Shown: piece by piece, positions 26,746-34,471 of the stretch
How positions within the stretch are numbered: position 1 is the stretch's first letter
Layout: each line of letters begins with the position of its first letter
The notes under the pieces: model-generated
What the model saw: the letters and a program-made list of their open reading frames with translations, nothing else
Told to the model about the DNA's origin: nothing
The model's database searches: none
Translations under genes and position numbers: made by a program
Virus record (IMG/VR): IMGVR_UViG_3300032233_002382
Location: 32,001 to 96,000 of that record
Strand: one strand, 5' to 3'
DNA from: a virus
Lineage: Duplodnaviria > Caudoviricetes
Length of the DNA: 64,000 nucleotides

Positions 26746-27185
26746 TTAAATAACGCGTCGTTTGGCTTACTGTAAGCGTAATAGTCCGTTTCGTGTTCAG
26801 GTGAACTCGGACTCGCGTGCTTCCACCGGCCAGGGAACTTGATGACCTCACCGTCATCATAAGTCTTCTCGTGTGGTTCCAAGATATATTCGACGGGCTC
26901 ATTGCAGACCGAGCACCAGGAGCCAATTAAATTCGACACATTCTCGATTTCCGAGGGAAGAATCTCGTTAAGCTCTTCAAGAGGCTGGACGGTTCCGAAT
27001 GGCGGACCGTTATCATAATGATATTCCTGAAAGACGAAGTGGCGACCGAATTTCTCTCGAATTCCATTGAATCCGTTTTCAGCTTTATTAAAGACACCGA
27101 ACTTTAAGTTCCTTGACGCGATGCGATATAAGACTCGATCCTTACAATCTTCTCGCTTGATGTATCCAGGCATGGTCCTACTCAT
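26706..27185 (-). CDS. hypothetical protein
   Basis: ORF 159 aa with CSVC. Confidence 0.7.
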   Translation of the reverse strand: MSRTMPGYIKREDCKDRVLYRIASRNLKFGVFNKAENGFNGIREKFGRHFVFQEYHYDNGPPFGTVQPLEELNEILPSEIENVSNLIGSWCSVCNEPVEYILEPHEKTYDDGEVIKFPGRWKHASPSSPEHETDYYAYSKPNDALFKWLDQMEKKYGGV

Positions 27186-27426
27186 TCTGAAGATTTCGGA
27201 CCATCATCTGGTCACAGTCGTGGAAATTAGTAAACTGAATCTTAGCGGAACTTAATGGTCTGCAGCAATAATAAATGTCCATCCCATCCATCTCTTTTAT
27301 GCCTAGTCCAATTGTCATAGTTCGGTTCGGAAGGCGGTTACCAAGCCACTTCGTCTTACACTGGTTACAAATCCATGTCGAATGATATGCACTAAGTTCT
27401 TCCCATTTATGAGCTCGCATGCTCAA
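27178..27426 (-). CDS. HxW-CxxC-C zinc-finger miniprotein
   Basis: HKW...WICNQC...FHDCDQMMVRNLQNE. Confidence 0.75.
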   Translation of the reverse strand: MSMRAHKWEELSAYHSTWICNQCKTKWLGNRLPNRTMTIGLGIKEMDGMDIYYCCRPLSSAKIQFTNFHDCDQMMVRNLQNE

Positions 27427-27683
27427 GCCTGATTAACATGCAAAGTCGCCATGAAACCGCAGTCGCGGAATTCACTTACATCGAACTGGTGTGGAACATG
27501 CATCCCAACTTCGTAGTAGGAAACGCCCCCAGTCTGAGAGACTGTTCCCTGCACATTCTTCACCGTGGTCGGGTAGCTCGATCCACGATACCTGGTTCCG
27601 CAATCCGAGCAAATGAACACACGAGAATGGATGCTGCCCTGTGATAAGTCGGGACCAGATTTCTTCCATCGGTGTTTCTTCAT
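27423..27683 (-). CDS. HxW-CxxC-C zinc-finger miniprotein
   Basis: HRW...FICSDC...FRDCGFMATLHVNQA. Confidence 0.75.
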   Translation of the reverse strand: MKKHRWKKSGPDLSQGSIHSRVFICSDCGTRYRGSSYPTTVKNVQGTVSQTGGVSYYEVGMHVPHQFDVSEFRDCGFMATLHVNQA

Positions 27684-27758
27684 TATTCACCAACACGCCA
27701 GCGCGGCGGCCCCCATGATAGGAACGCGCCGCGCCGCTGATTTCCGTGTATGATTTAG

Positions 27759-27929
27759 CTATTCCGCCTGAGACGGTTTCTCAGGCCTCACCATACAAAA
27801 GCGGCAATTAGGATCTCTACACTGGGCCTCTAGCCACTTGTCGCACGGGACGCAATAGTATGCGTCATGTCGATCGTTCCGGATGACTTTGGGTTTTGCG
27901 CAACCGCATTCAGGATAGAATTTAGGCAT
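27759..27929 (-). CDS. Cys-rich phage miniprotein (56 aa, not in track)
   Basis: Manual translation MPKFYPECGC...DAYYCVPCDKWLEAQCRDPNCRFCMVRPEKP. Confidence 0.65.
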   Translation of the reverse strand: MPKFYPECGCAKPKVIRNDRHDAYYCVPCDKWLEAQCRDPNCRFCMVRPEKPSQAE

Positions 27930-28329
27930 CATTATCATCCATTGGATCTGGGAGACCGCGAATCACCCACGCACACTCGTCGGCTCCGTGGGCGGTCAAA
28001 GACTCGTGTGGATGAGCGAGAGCCGACCGACATTTCATGGCCACAAGGTCGCTTGCCTGTGCTGCCGCATCCCGCATCGCTTTAACGCCTCGTTTGAAAG
28101 CTAACTTCTCATAGTCCTTGCGGAGAGCGATCATCTCGGACGTCATCTTATTCACGTCTTCTTGAGAGTACGTCAGATCTACGGGCTCTGCAAGAACTTC
28201 ATTGATTTTGTGCTCAAGTTCGCCAATGTATCGAACGCCCATATACTCACCAAGAACGAGACGGTTCGAAGCGATAACGCCCTGGGCTTCTTCAAGAGTT
28301 TCCCTTATCTTATCACTCATCTTGAACAT
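27922..28329 (-). CDS. hypothetical helical protein
   Basis: ORF. Confidence 0.65.
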   Translation of the reverse strand: MFKMSDKIRETLEEAQGVIASNRLVLGEYMGVRYIGELEHKINEVLAEPVDLTYSQEDVNKMTSEMIALRKDYEKLAFKRGVKAMRDAAAQASDLVAMKCRSALAHPHESLTAHGADECAWVIRGLPDPMDDNDA

Positions 28330-28555
28330 TCCTCACTGACATGTATTCGCAGTCGTGGAAATTCCATTCTACGATATAGACACCAGCTCTTACATCTGGA
28401 ATTCTATGAAATTGCGACATCTCAGTACCCTGAAAATGCTTGGTGTAACACTGTCCCTTGCGAGGCTTTTCCATCCCGTAGGCGGTGGAATCACATTCAT
28501 TGCAAATCCAAAACAAATCACGCTCTGGAGCTTTTCTCCATTTGTGCGTTTTCAT
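28313..28555 (-). CDS. HxW-CxxC-C zinc-finger miniprotein
   Basis: HKW...WICNEC...FHDCEYMSVRNVQDE. Confidence 0.75.
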   Translation of the reverse strand: MKTHKWRKAPERDLFWICNECDSTAYGMEKPRKGQCYTKHFQGTEMSQFHRIPDVRAGVYIVEWNFHDCEYMSVRNVQDE

Positions 28556-28793
28556 CCGATTTTGCCTCCAAGTAGGACTTCAGAAGATTGACATCTTGGA
28601 TTATCAAATCTATCTTCTTCTGATTCGGTGGCTTCCCGTACGAACCATCCTGGTGACACTGAATCTGGAATTCCTGCTCCCGAACCATATCACATACTAC
28701 CTTTCGATAGGCTTCCATCAGCTCATCGGGTGAGAATCGAACTGACTTATCGTACATGGCAAAATGAAGATAATTCTCAACGGTCGGCTTCAT
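28518..28793 (-). CDS. hypothetical protein
   Basis: Motif copy with GGAGG directly upstream. Confidence 0.7.
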   Translation of the reverse strand: MKPTVENYLHFAMYDKSVRFSPDELMEAYRKVVCDMVREQEFQIQCHQDGSYGKPPNQKKIDLIIQDVNLLKSYLEAKSDENAQMEKSSRA

Positions 28794-28878
28794 GTGATCA
28801 AACCTCCACCGGAGGAACGAGCGGAACGTCGGATTTCCATATTTAGGTTTTTATATACTGTTACACCTGGAGGATATC

Positions 28879-29385
28879 ATGAAACCAACCGACCTATCGT
28901 CAGCTCTACGCCGCATCGCTTCGAAAATCGAAGCTTCAAAATCCCCAAGCCGAGAACTCGTACTCAAAGATTTGAATAGTTTGGTTCGGAAGATGGCTAT
29001 GGATGATGATTCTCAGGATGATAGTAGTCTTCCTACCGGCGTACATGAAGTCATATCTATGCCGAATGCCGAGTTCACTGTCACTATCGATTGTACGAGG
29101 GGGAGTTCTGGAGTCATAGGTGAGTGTACCATCCAGATACAATCTGAGTGGTCTGAAATCCCGTCTGTAGTTTCTGCTGTACAAAGTATTGATAGAGAAA
29201 TCAACAGTGCCACCACTGGTGAATATTGGGCTATGGTACCAGACAACTTGCCCAAGGCGGCTCGAAGCGCCACGGACGGTTGGATAACTGGATACCTTGT
29301 GTGGTGCTTAGAAAATGGGAAATTCGAAGGCCAACCTGATATCGGTCAGTTTATTTTCAAGTTTGACGTTCTTTTCGAAGGCTAA
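28879..29385 (+). CDS. protein with long conserved N-terminal leader
   Basis: MKPTDLSSALRRIASKIEASKSPSRELVLKD; GGAGG SD. Confidence 0.75.
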   Translation: MKPTDLSSALRRIASKIEASKSPSRELVLKDLNSLVRKMAMDDDSQDDSSLPTGVHEVISMPNAEFTVTIDCTRGSSGVIGECTIQIQSEWSEIPSVVSAVQSIDREINSATTGEYWAMVPDNLPKAARSATDGWITGYLVWCLENGKFEGQPDIGQFIFKFDVLFEG

Positions 29386-29463
29386 TAACCGGCTAGATGA
29401 CGATCATGATTCCATTCACGAATCATGAGCCAAACTAAGCGAACCAAAGAATCTTCGATGTAT

Positions 29464-29521
29464 AAAAAGCCGGAGTGATAAGCGCACCAGACTGAAACTG
29501 GGCTTATCACTCCGGCTTTTT
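29464..29521. terminator. 20-bp-stem bidirectional hairpin
   Basis: aaaaagccggagtgataagc / gcttatcactccggcttttt. Confidence 0.8.
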
Positions 29522-29539
29522 CTTTCCAGATCTTCATAT

Positions 29540-29617
29540 TGGCGCTCCTGGAGGGAGTCGAACCCCCGACCGTCGCCTTAGAAGGGCGCTGCTCGTATCC
29601 AGCTGAGCTACAGGAGC
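29540..29617 (-). tRNA. tRNA-Arg (TCT)
   Basis: GCTCCTG/CAGGAGC acceptor, CT-TCT-AA loop, GTTCGA, CCA. Confidence 0.93.
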
Positions 29618-29624
29618 AAATATC

Positions 29625-29792
29625 CCATCAGGTCCGGTCGGCGTTGCAGCGCCGCCCTTCGCATACTGCAATATACCGCGCTTTCTCAAAGGCGCGCCTG
29701 ATGGAAAACGAGTCCCTGCCGGTCAATTCCGGTAGATTCACGGTGTTCAGCACACCGCCATTCTTTTACCGCCCTTAGCGGGCAGTCCAGGG
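29625..29792 (-). ncRNA. candidate structured RNA(s) between tRNA-Lys and tRNA-Arg
   Basis: Two multibranch folds closed by CCCTG/CAGGG and CCATCAGG/CCTGATGG. Confidence 0.4.
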
Positions 29793-29795
29793 AAA

Positions 29796-29871
29796 TGGTG
29801 AGGACGGTGGGGTACGATCCCACAACCAACGGCTTAAAAGGCCATTGCTCTACCAATTGAGCTACGTCCCC
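29796..29871 (-). tRNA. tRNA-Lys (TTT)
   Basis: GGGGACG/CGTCCTC acceptor, CT-TTT-AA, CCA. Confidence 0.92.
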
Positions 29872-29899
29872 GAAATCTGACTGATTTTACATTTAAAGT

Positions 29900-30192
29900 G
29901 TCGGCTCGCCCCATAACCCGACCGAATTGCCGAGTATTTTCCACCCGCTGCCGACCGATCCGCCTGAGGAAAGACGAACCCCCTGTGATTACGATTTTAG
30001 GAGTGGTAAATCGCGTGCGGCTCACCGCAAGCCGTTTTTATTTCTTGTTGGCTCGCCCCGTCGGGATTCCACTCCCGAACACCGCCGCTACCAACTTGTG
30101 CTTCCTGGAAAGGTTTAACAGGAAGCTTTGCCCCTGTGATCCGCTGAGAGGCGGTAGATGAATTCGCCTTCAGCTTGCGCTCACGCTCGCGT
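29900..30192 (-). ncRNA. candidate tandem-duplicated structured ncRNA
   Basis: Two units sharing ATCACAGGGG, GTYGGYAGCGG, GGGGCGAGCCRAC with a covarying stem; motif copy at 30216 upstream. Confidence 0.5.
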
Positions 30193-30222
30193 TTGCTTGA
30201 CGTTCGATTGTCGAGATTTCCG

Positions 30223-30489
30223 CTATCGCTTAGGCTTAATAGTCCCGATGATAGGCGATTCATCCTCGGTAGACCAGAGGGCATTCAGGGCTCTTTCCAG
30301 AGCCCTGGGATCTTCCATGACTTCTGACACGACTGCAACATTAGGGATGTCGAGCAAAAGTTCTTCATTGATTGGACCTGAATAAACGGGCTCGTTTCCA
30401 AGCGTAACGCGGAATTCTTTAGAAGCTGGAATTTTGATCTTCATGGCGACCTCATCTGGAGCGGGAGACGGGATTCGAACCCGCGACAT
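30223..30489 (-). CDS. hypothetical protein (start likely MKIKIP)
   Basis: 5' part of track ORF overlaps tRNA-Gly; GAGG SD before MKIK. Confidence 0.6.
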   Translation of the reverse strand: MSRVRIPSPAPDEVAMKIKIPASKEFRVTLGNEPVYSGPINEELLLDIPNVAVVSEVMEDPRALERALNALWSTEDESPIIGTIKPKR

Positions 30490-30532
30490 TCAGCTTGGAA
30501 GGCTGACGCTCTACCAACTGAGCTACTCCCGC
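30457..30532 (-). tRNA. tRNA-Gly (TCC)
   Basis: GCGGGAG/CTCCCGC, CT-TCC-AA, GTTCGAAT, TCCA. Confidence 0.95.
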
Positions 30533-30533
30533 A

Positions 30534-30620
30534 TGGTGGTTGGGGTTGGATTTGAACCAACGAAAGTCATTGACTGGCTGATTTACAGTCAGCTCCCTTT
30601 GGCCGCTCGGGCACCCAACC
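30534..30620 (-). tRNA. tRNA-Tyr (GTA)
   Basis: GGTTGGG/CCCAACC, CT-GTA-AA, long variable arm, CCA. Confidence 0.94.
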
Positions 30621-31040
30621 TTAAATATCTACTAGACCAGCGTGATGCTCAGCATGACAGTTATGGCAAAGCAAAGCACACTTATCTATTTCTTCTTTTA
30701 TTATTTCCCATCTTCTCGTTCGACCATCGTTCAATCCAAACGATTTTTGGGATTTGTCTTTATGGTGGAAGGTTAGTGCTGCTAACGATTTAGAATACCC
30801 ACAAATTTCACATTTCCCGCCTTTGTATTCTACTGATTTCCTCTTCATCTCTTGTCGATAAGCTGTAACAAGAGCCATATTCTTTTGTTTCTTATCGAAT
30901 CCTGGCAGTCCGGGGCCTGACTTCTGGTTCTTAAAAGGGCTGCACTTGAAACACTTTGTTCGGTTTGAAAGGGAGTGAGTCTTACCTTCAATCGTAATCA
31001 ACTTGGGTATTTCACCACCACAGGATTTGCAGCTCTTCAT
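30621..31040 (-). mobile_element. free-standing HNH (His-Cys) endonuclease in tRNA cluster
   Basis: KGGKCEICGY....LTFHH.D...K.F.........EIDKCALLCHNCHAEHH. Confidence 0.85.
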
Positions 31041-31083
31041 AACAGGGGCACGTTAATAGAGCTCTATTAACGTGCCCCTGTTA
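31040..31083. repeat. perfect 44-bp palindrome abutting HNH start codon
   Basis: taacaggggcacgttaatagag|ctctattaacgtgcccctgtta. Confidence 0.9.
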
Positions 31084-31085
31084 AT

Positions 31086-31161
31086 TGGCTCCTGGGGAGG
31101 GATTCGAACCCCCGACATGGCGGTTAACAGCCGCCCTCTCTGCCAGCTGAGATACCCAGGA
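31086..31161 (-). tRNA. tRNA-Asn (GTT)
   Basis: TCCTGGG/CCCAGGA, CT-GTT-AA, GCCA. Confidence 0.93.
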
Positions 31162-31193
31162 GTGAAACTATCCAGGAGCGAACTAACTACACT

Positions 31194-31595
31194 TTACCAC
31201 GGCTCGTCTTCATAGAGATCGAAGAACGTGTTTTCGTAATCGTGACCGTCGTCGTGTTTTACGCTGCGCCGTGCTGTCGGCTCTTTCCGCATTCGCGCCG
31301 CGCCGCCGTCGACCGGCTCGGCCTCGATCGGTGCGACGGGCGCGGCCTTCTTGCGCTTTCGCGTCTTCGGCGTGTGCGGTCCGTGCGGTCCGTCGCGCAT
31401 CGGGAATTCGGTGATTCCGCCACACCAACAGCATTTATTCCCATGGAAACAGTGGGTATCATCCCGATCAAACCACCCTAGTCCACGCTTCTCATTGTCG
31501 ATCGATCTTTCCATACAATGATCAGGTCCCAAATTCGGCATGAATTTCCCTATTAAAAGAATGCCGCTTGTAGGAATTCGGCGCAGCGGCGGCAC
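31194..31595 (-). CDS. hypothetical protein (start likely MPNLG)
   Basis: HC...CCWC motif; GC-rich central patch. Confidence 0.55.
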   Translation of the reverse strand: MPPLRRIPTSGILLIGKFMPNLGPDHCMERSIDNEKRGLGWFDRDDTHCFHGNKCCWCGGITEFPMRDGPHGPHTPKTRKRKKAAPVAPIEAEPVDGGAARMRKEPTARRSVKHDDGHDYENTFFDLYEDEPW

Positions 31596-31649
31596 CGGAA
31601 TTGGGCATCCTACTTACCCGTATTGATAGAAATTACCGGACTCATAATT

Positions 31650-31970
31650 TCATTCTTCGGGAGGAATCGGCTTTAGTTCCAGGGGTGGACGGCGTTTATA
31701 CTTCCGAACCCAGAAGAATGGGGTAGTCTCAAGATCTGGGCCATCGAAATGATCCCACTTTATTATTCCAGCAGGCACGTTCCCATAACGTCTTGGCTTT
31801 GAACCGGGTATCGGTGCAAATTCCTTTGTAACTGTAACAACGGTGCCCTTCTTATTGATATCTAATTCGAGATAAACTCGATCTCCTACTTTGATATCAT
31901 CACCTAAATAAGGTTCCGAGGAGATACGAACCGCAATATTGTTGATGTCGATCATATGATCACCCCTCAT
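31650..31970 (-). CDS. SH3/KOW-like protein with short leader
   Basis: MIDINNIAVRISS then IKVGDRV...KKGTVV. Confidence 0.6.
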   Translation of the reverse strand: MRGDHMIDINNIAVRISSEPYLGDDIKVGDRVYLELDINKKGTVVTVTKEFAPIPGSKPRRYGNVPAGIIKWDHFDGPDLETTPFFWVRKYKRRPPLELKPIPPEE

Positions 31971-31990
31971 CCAGGCGATCTATTAAAAAT

Positions 31991-32077
31991 TGGTAGGGAT
32001 GGCCGGACTCGAACCGGCACGGCTGATAAGGCCGGGAGATTTTAAGTCTCCTGTGTCTACCGTTCCACCACACCCCC
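31991..32077 (-). tRNA. tRNA-Leu (TAA)
   Basis: GGAGA-CTTAAAA-TCTCC, long variable arm, ACCA. Confidence 0.93.
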
Positions 32078-32089
32078 AAACCGACCGCG

Positions 32090-32365
32090 CTCACCACTCG
32101 GTTTTATTGGTAACCGAGAAACAACGTGCGCCAAGCCCGCCAGTCGATTTTTAGATGGAATCGACAAACCACTTCGGGCGACGTGGAGTTAAACCACGCA
32201 AGCACTTTTGGATGACCGTACACTTGCAGTACGGACTGCTTATGAGAGCGCCGCTACCCGCCCGAAAGAAAAGGCCCGAAGCTCGTTCCCGCTTTCGCTT
32301 CGGGCAACCCTCACTGCTTTAGGGAAGAGGGCTTTTGGAGGAGCCGACTTTGGGTCGGTTACCCC
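32090..32365 (-). ncRNA. candidate multi-hairpin structured RNA upstream of tRNA-Leu
   Basis: At least 7 stems, including a 9-bp and an 8-bp long-range stem; no convincing ORF. Confidence 0.4.
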
Positions 32366-32398
32366 TTTAGACCGGATGGGGGGGGTACCCGGTCTAAA
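32366..32398 (-). terminator. hairpin after 32399-32818
   Basis: tttagaccgg / ccggtctaaa. Confidence 0.6.
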
Positions 32399-32818
32399 CT
32401 AATTCGTATCGTCCGTGTCGTCATCTTCATCCGGCTCAGACTTCATGCACGAATCGCAGTACTCGTGGTCGGAGCCGAGATGATTCTGGCAGCTCGGGCT
32501 GATGCAGAAACCGGCTGCCTTCTTTGCAGACTTCACCCGATCGGTTTCGATGGCCGCTGCCATTGAAGTCGGGTGGGCAAGCCACATAGCGCGCTCGATC
32601 AGCACGATCTCGTTCGCCAAAATGATGGGAGGCGCGTTCAGGTCAATGAACCGCTTCAAGCGGGCCACTCGCTGCTCCAGCTTATATTCCCCTGCGAGCT
32701 TAACCTCATCGAGAATCCCATTGTCATTCAAGTCGCTCATCATCTCTCCGTGGCGCGGGCTTGATTGCCCGCTACATAAACGTGCGGCGGCTCCGATTTC
32801 CGCTTTCCATTCGAACAA
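32399..32818 (-). CDS. hypothetical protein (start likely MMSDL)
   Basis: C-terminal C...C..H....YCDSC plus acidic tail. Confidence 0.65.
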   Translation of the reverse strand: MFEWKAEIGAAARLCSGQSSPRHGEMMSDLNDNGILDEVKLAGEYKLEQRVARLKRFIDLNAPPIILANEIVLIERAMWLAHPTSMAAAIETDRVKSAKKAAGFCISPSCQNHLGSDHEYCDSCMKSEPDEDDDTDDTN

Positions 32819-32820
32819 AA

Positions 32821-32910
32821 TGGCAGAGGGTGAGAGATTCGAACTCTCGAAACGGTTTCCCGTTTACACGCGTTCCAGGCGTGCTCCTTCAGCCGCTCGG
32901 ACAACCCTCT
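32821..32910 (-). tRNA. tRNA-Ser (GGA)
   Basis: AGAGGGT/ACCCTCT, CT-GGA-AC, long variable arm, GCCA. Confidence 0.93.
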
Positions 32911-32953
32911 GCAAGACTAGGTTTTCAAAGATTCAGTAGTTCTACTTTACACT

Positions 32954-33039
32954 TGGTGCCTAAGGACGGACTCGAACCGTCACGACGTTGCCGTCGGGAG
33001 ATTTTGAGTCTCCTGTGTCTACCGTTCCACCACTCAGGC
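32954..33039 (-). tRNA. tRNA-Leu (CAA)
   Basis: GCCTGAG/CTTAGGC, CT-CAA-AA, long variable arm, ACCA. Confidence 0.93.
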
Positions 33040-33153
33040 CAAAAAGAAGAGGGAGGGCGGCGCACCCAGCTTGGAGCCGACCAAGGCATGGGCCGGATGC
33101 GCCGACCTCCCACCAACTATACGAGCGGGCGCGTCGACTTCCGCGCCTCTTTG

Positions 33154-33405
33154 TCAGTGATACTGATCTGGGGTGTTCGGGACCATATGACCCGCAAGAG
33201 CCGCAGAAGAAATACCCTTTGCGATCGCGTTGATCATATGCGGATCTTCGTCGCCCAACTTCCAAGTCTTTGCATAATCATAAAGAGCAGCAACAACAGC
33301 TCCAGCCTCTTCGGCGGAGAGGCTCGAAAGAATTTCCTGAGCTCGGGTCTTCTCTACATTGGCCTGATGATCGTGCTTATGGTGGCTGTGCATTATTACC
33401 TCCAA
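33154..33405 (-). CDS. hypothetical protein
   Basis: ORF in minus-strand run. Confidence 0.6.
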   Translation of the reverse strand: MEVIMHSHHKHDHQANVEKTRAQEILSSLSAEEAGAVVAALYDYAKTWKLGDEDPHMINAIAKGISSAALAGHMVPNTPDQYH

Positions 33406-33424
33406 TATTATATTACATTTAAGG

Positions 33425-33610
33425 TTACGGGATCTCGGGGACGAAGACCCAAGCTTTAACGTACGTTCCGCCGGTCACTTCCACGAACGAATCTCGTTGC
33501 CAGTCTGCACTCTTATTGAGCTCGTCCACTTCCACAAAGTCTTCGATCTTGTTTTTGCGAATGATATCCTGGGCCTTCGAGATCATCTTCTCTGCGGTCT
33601 CAATGTCCAT
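33425..33610 (-). CDS. hypothetical protein
   Basis: ORF, AGGA SD. Confidence 0.6.
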   Translation of the reverse strand: MDIETAEKMISKAQDIIRKNKIEDFVEVDELNKSADWQRDSFVEVTGGTYVKAWVFVPEIP

Positions 33611-33618
33611 GATCCATC

Positions 33619-33900
33619 CTAATTAATGAAAAGTCTCGCCTTAGCAGATTCTTTCTTATATCTCTCAACATTCTCTACTAGGTGTCGCCAAACCACGTAG
33701 CTCTCGCCGATCTCGTGCTTTAGTGCTAACGCCATCATTGCAGCAATTTCCGCATTCTCTTCGCTCATGATGGTCGTATTCTCAGTAATTTCAACTGAAT
33801 CGCGATTTTTAACGCACCCGACGATCTTCTTACCGTTCTGAAGCGCGATCGTTACGATCTCATCATTTCCTTCATTTGTAACATTTAAATCGGCTAACAT
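33619..33900 (-). CDS. hypothetical protein
   Basis: ORF, GGAGG SD. Confidence 0.65.
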   Translation of the reverse strand: MLADLNVTNEGNDEIVTIALQNGKKIVGCVKNRDSVEITENTTIMSEENAEIAAMMALALKHEIGESYVVWRHLVENVERYKKESAKARLFIN

Positions 33901-33945
33901 GAGATCCTCCTACCTACAATGTAACCCAGCTGAACGAACGGTCAA

Positions 33946-34398
33946 TTATGCGGACATCATGTCATTCACGATCCCGACGCCGCAGTTAGGGTCAATTTCC
34001 CCTTCCTTCAACGCCTCATTAATCGTCTGTTCCTCTTGAACGTGCACAGCCTTTAAACAACGCTTGCATTTGAAAATATAAGGCTCGCCGTTGAACAGCT
34101 TCTCTCGATGCATCTTCCAGTCATGCTCCTGGATATCACCGGAAGTCGGATTATACCGGCGGAGCATTTCCTTCTGAACGTCTACTCCTTCGGCCGCAAG
34201 AGCCTGGTCGATCATAGCAGCGAAGGGATCTTGAGGTTTCGGGATCTCTTCCGGATTCGGCGCAGACGGAGTATCGAACTCATCTTCAGGATCCTCTGGA
34301 AGCGGGGCTGCACCGTTCGGAGCCGAAAAATCTCGTACTGGCTCTTCCTTCTTTTCTTCGATACCTAGTGCTTTATCGAGCTGGTCAAGAAATGACAT
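33946..34398 (-). CDS. acidic protein ending in an HxW-CxxC-C zinc finger plus tag
   Basis: EHDW...FKCKRC...CGVGIVNDMMSA. Confidence 0.75.
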   Translation of the reverse strand: MSFLDQLDKALGIEEKKEEPVRDFSAPNGAAPLPEDPEDEFDTPSAPNPEEIPKPQDPFAAMIDQALAAEGVDVQKEMLRRYNPTSGDIQEHDWKMHREKLFNGEPYIFKCKRCLKAVHVQEEQTINEALKEGEIDPNCGVGIVNDMMSA

Positions 34399-34471
34399 TT
34401 AGCCTCCGCAGACGGACGCGCCGCCCAGACGAGCGACGGGCGGCGCGTCCGGTTTCCGATTTACTTCATAA

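Noticed and set aside
24341-28555. Diversity-generating retroelement behind the zinc-finger variability
   Set aside because: No reverse transcriptase or near-identical TR/VR pair in the window; divergence is not adenine-specific by inspection.
29900-30192. tmRNA or HDV-like theta ribozyme
   Set aside because: No tRNA-like 5'/3' ends or tag ORF, and no P3/L3/P1.1 pattern could be fitted by eye.
29539-30793. Track ORFs overlapping tRNAs (29539, 29834, 29898, 29927, 29997, 30434; also 32761, 32925, 32960)
   Set aside because: They overlap clear tRNA genes or structured RNA and lack SD or coding character.
31560-31640. Additional copy of the promoter motif (GGTAAT-N13-GGT)
   Set aside because: Both boxes deviate from consensus; not counted.
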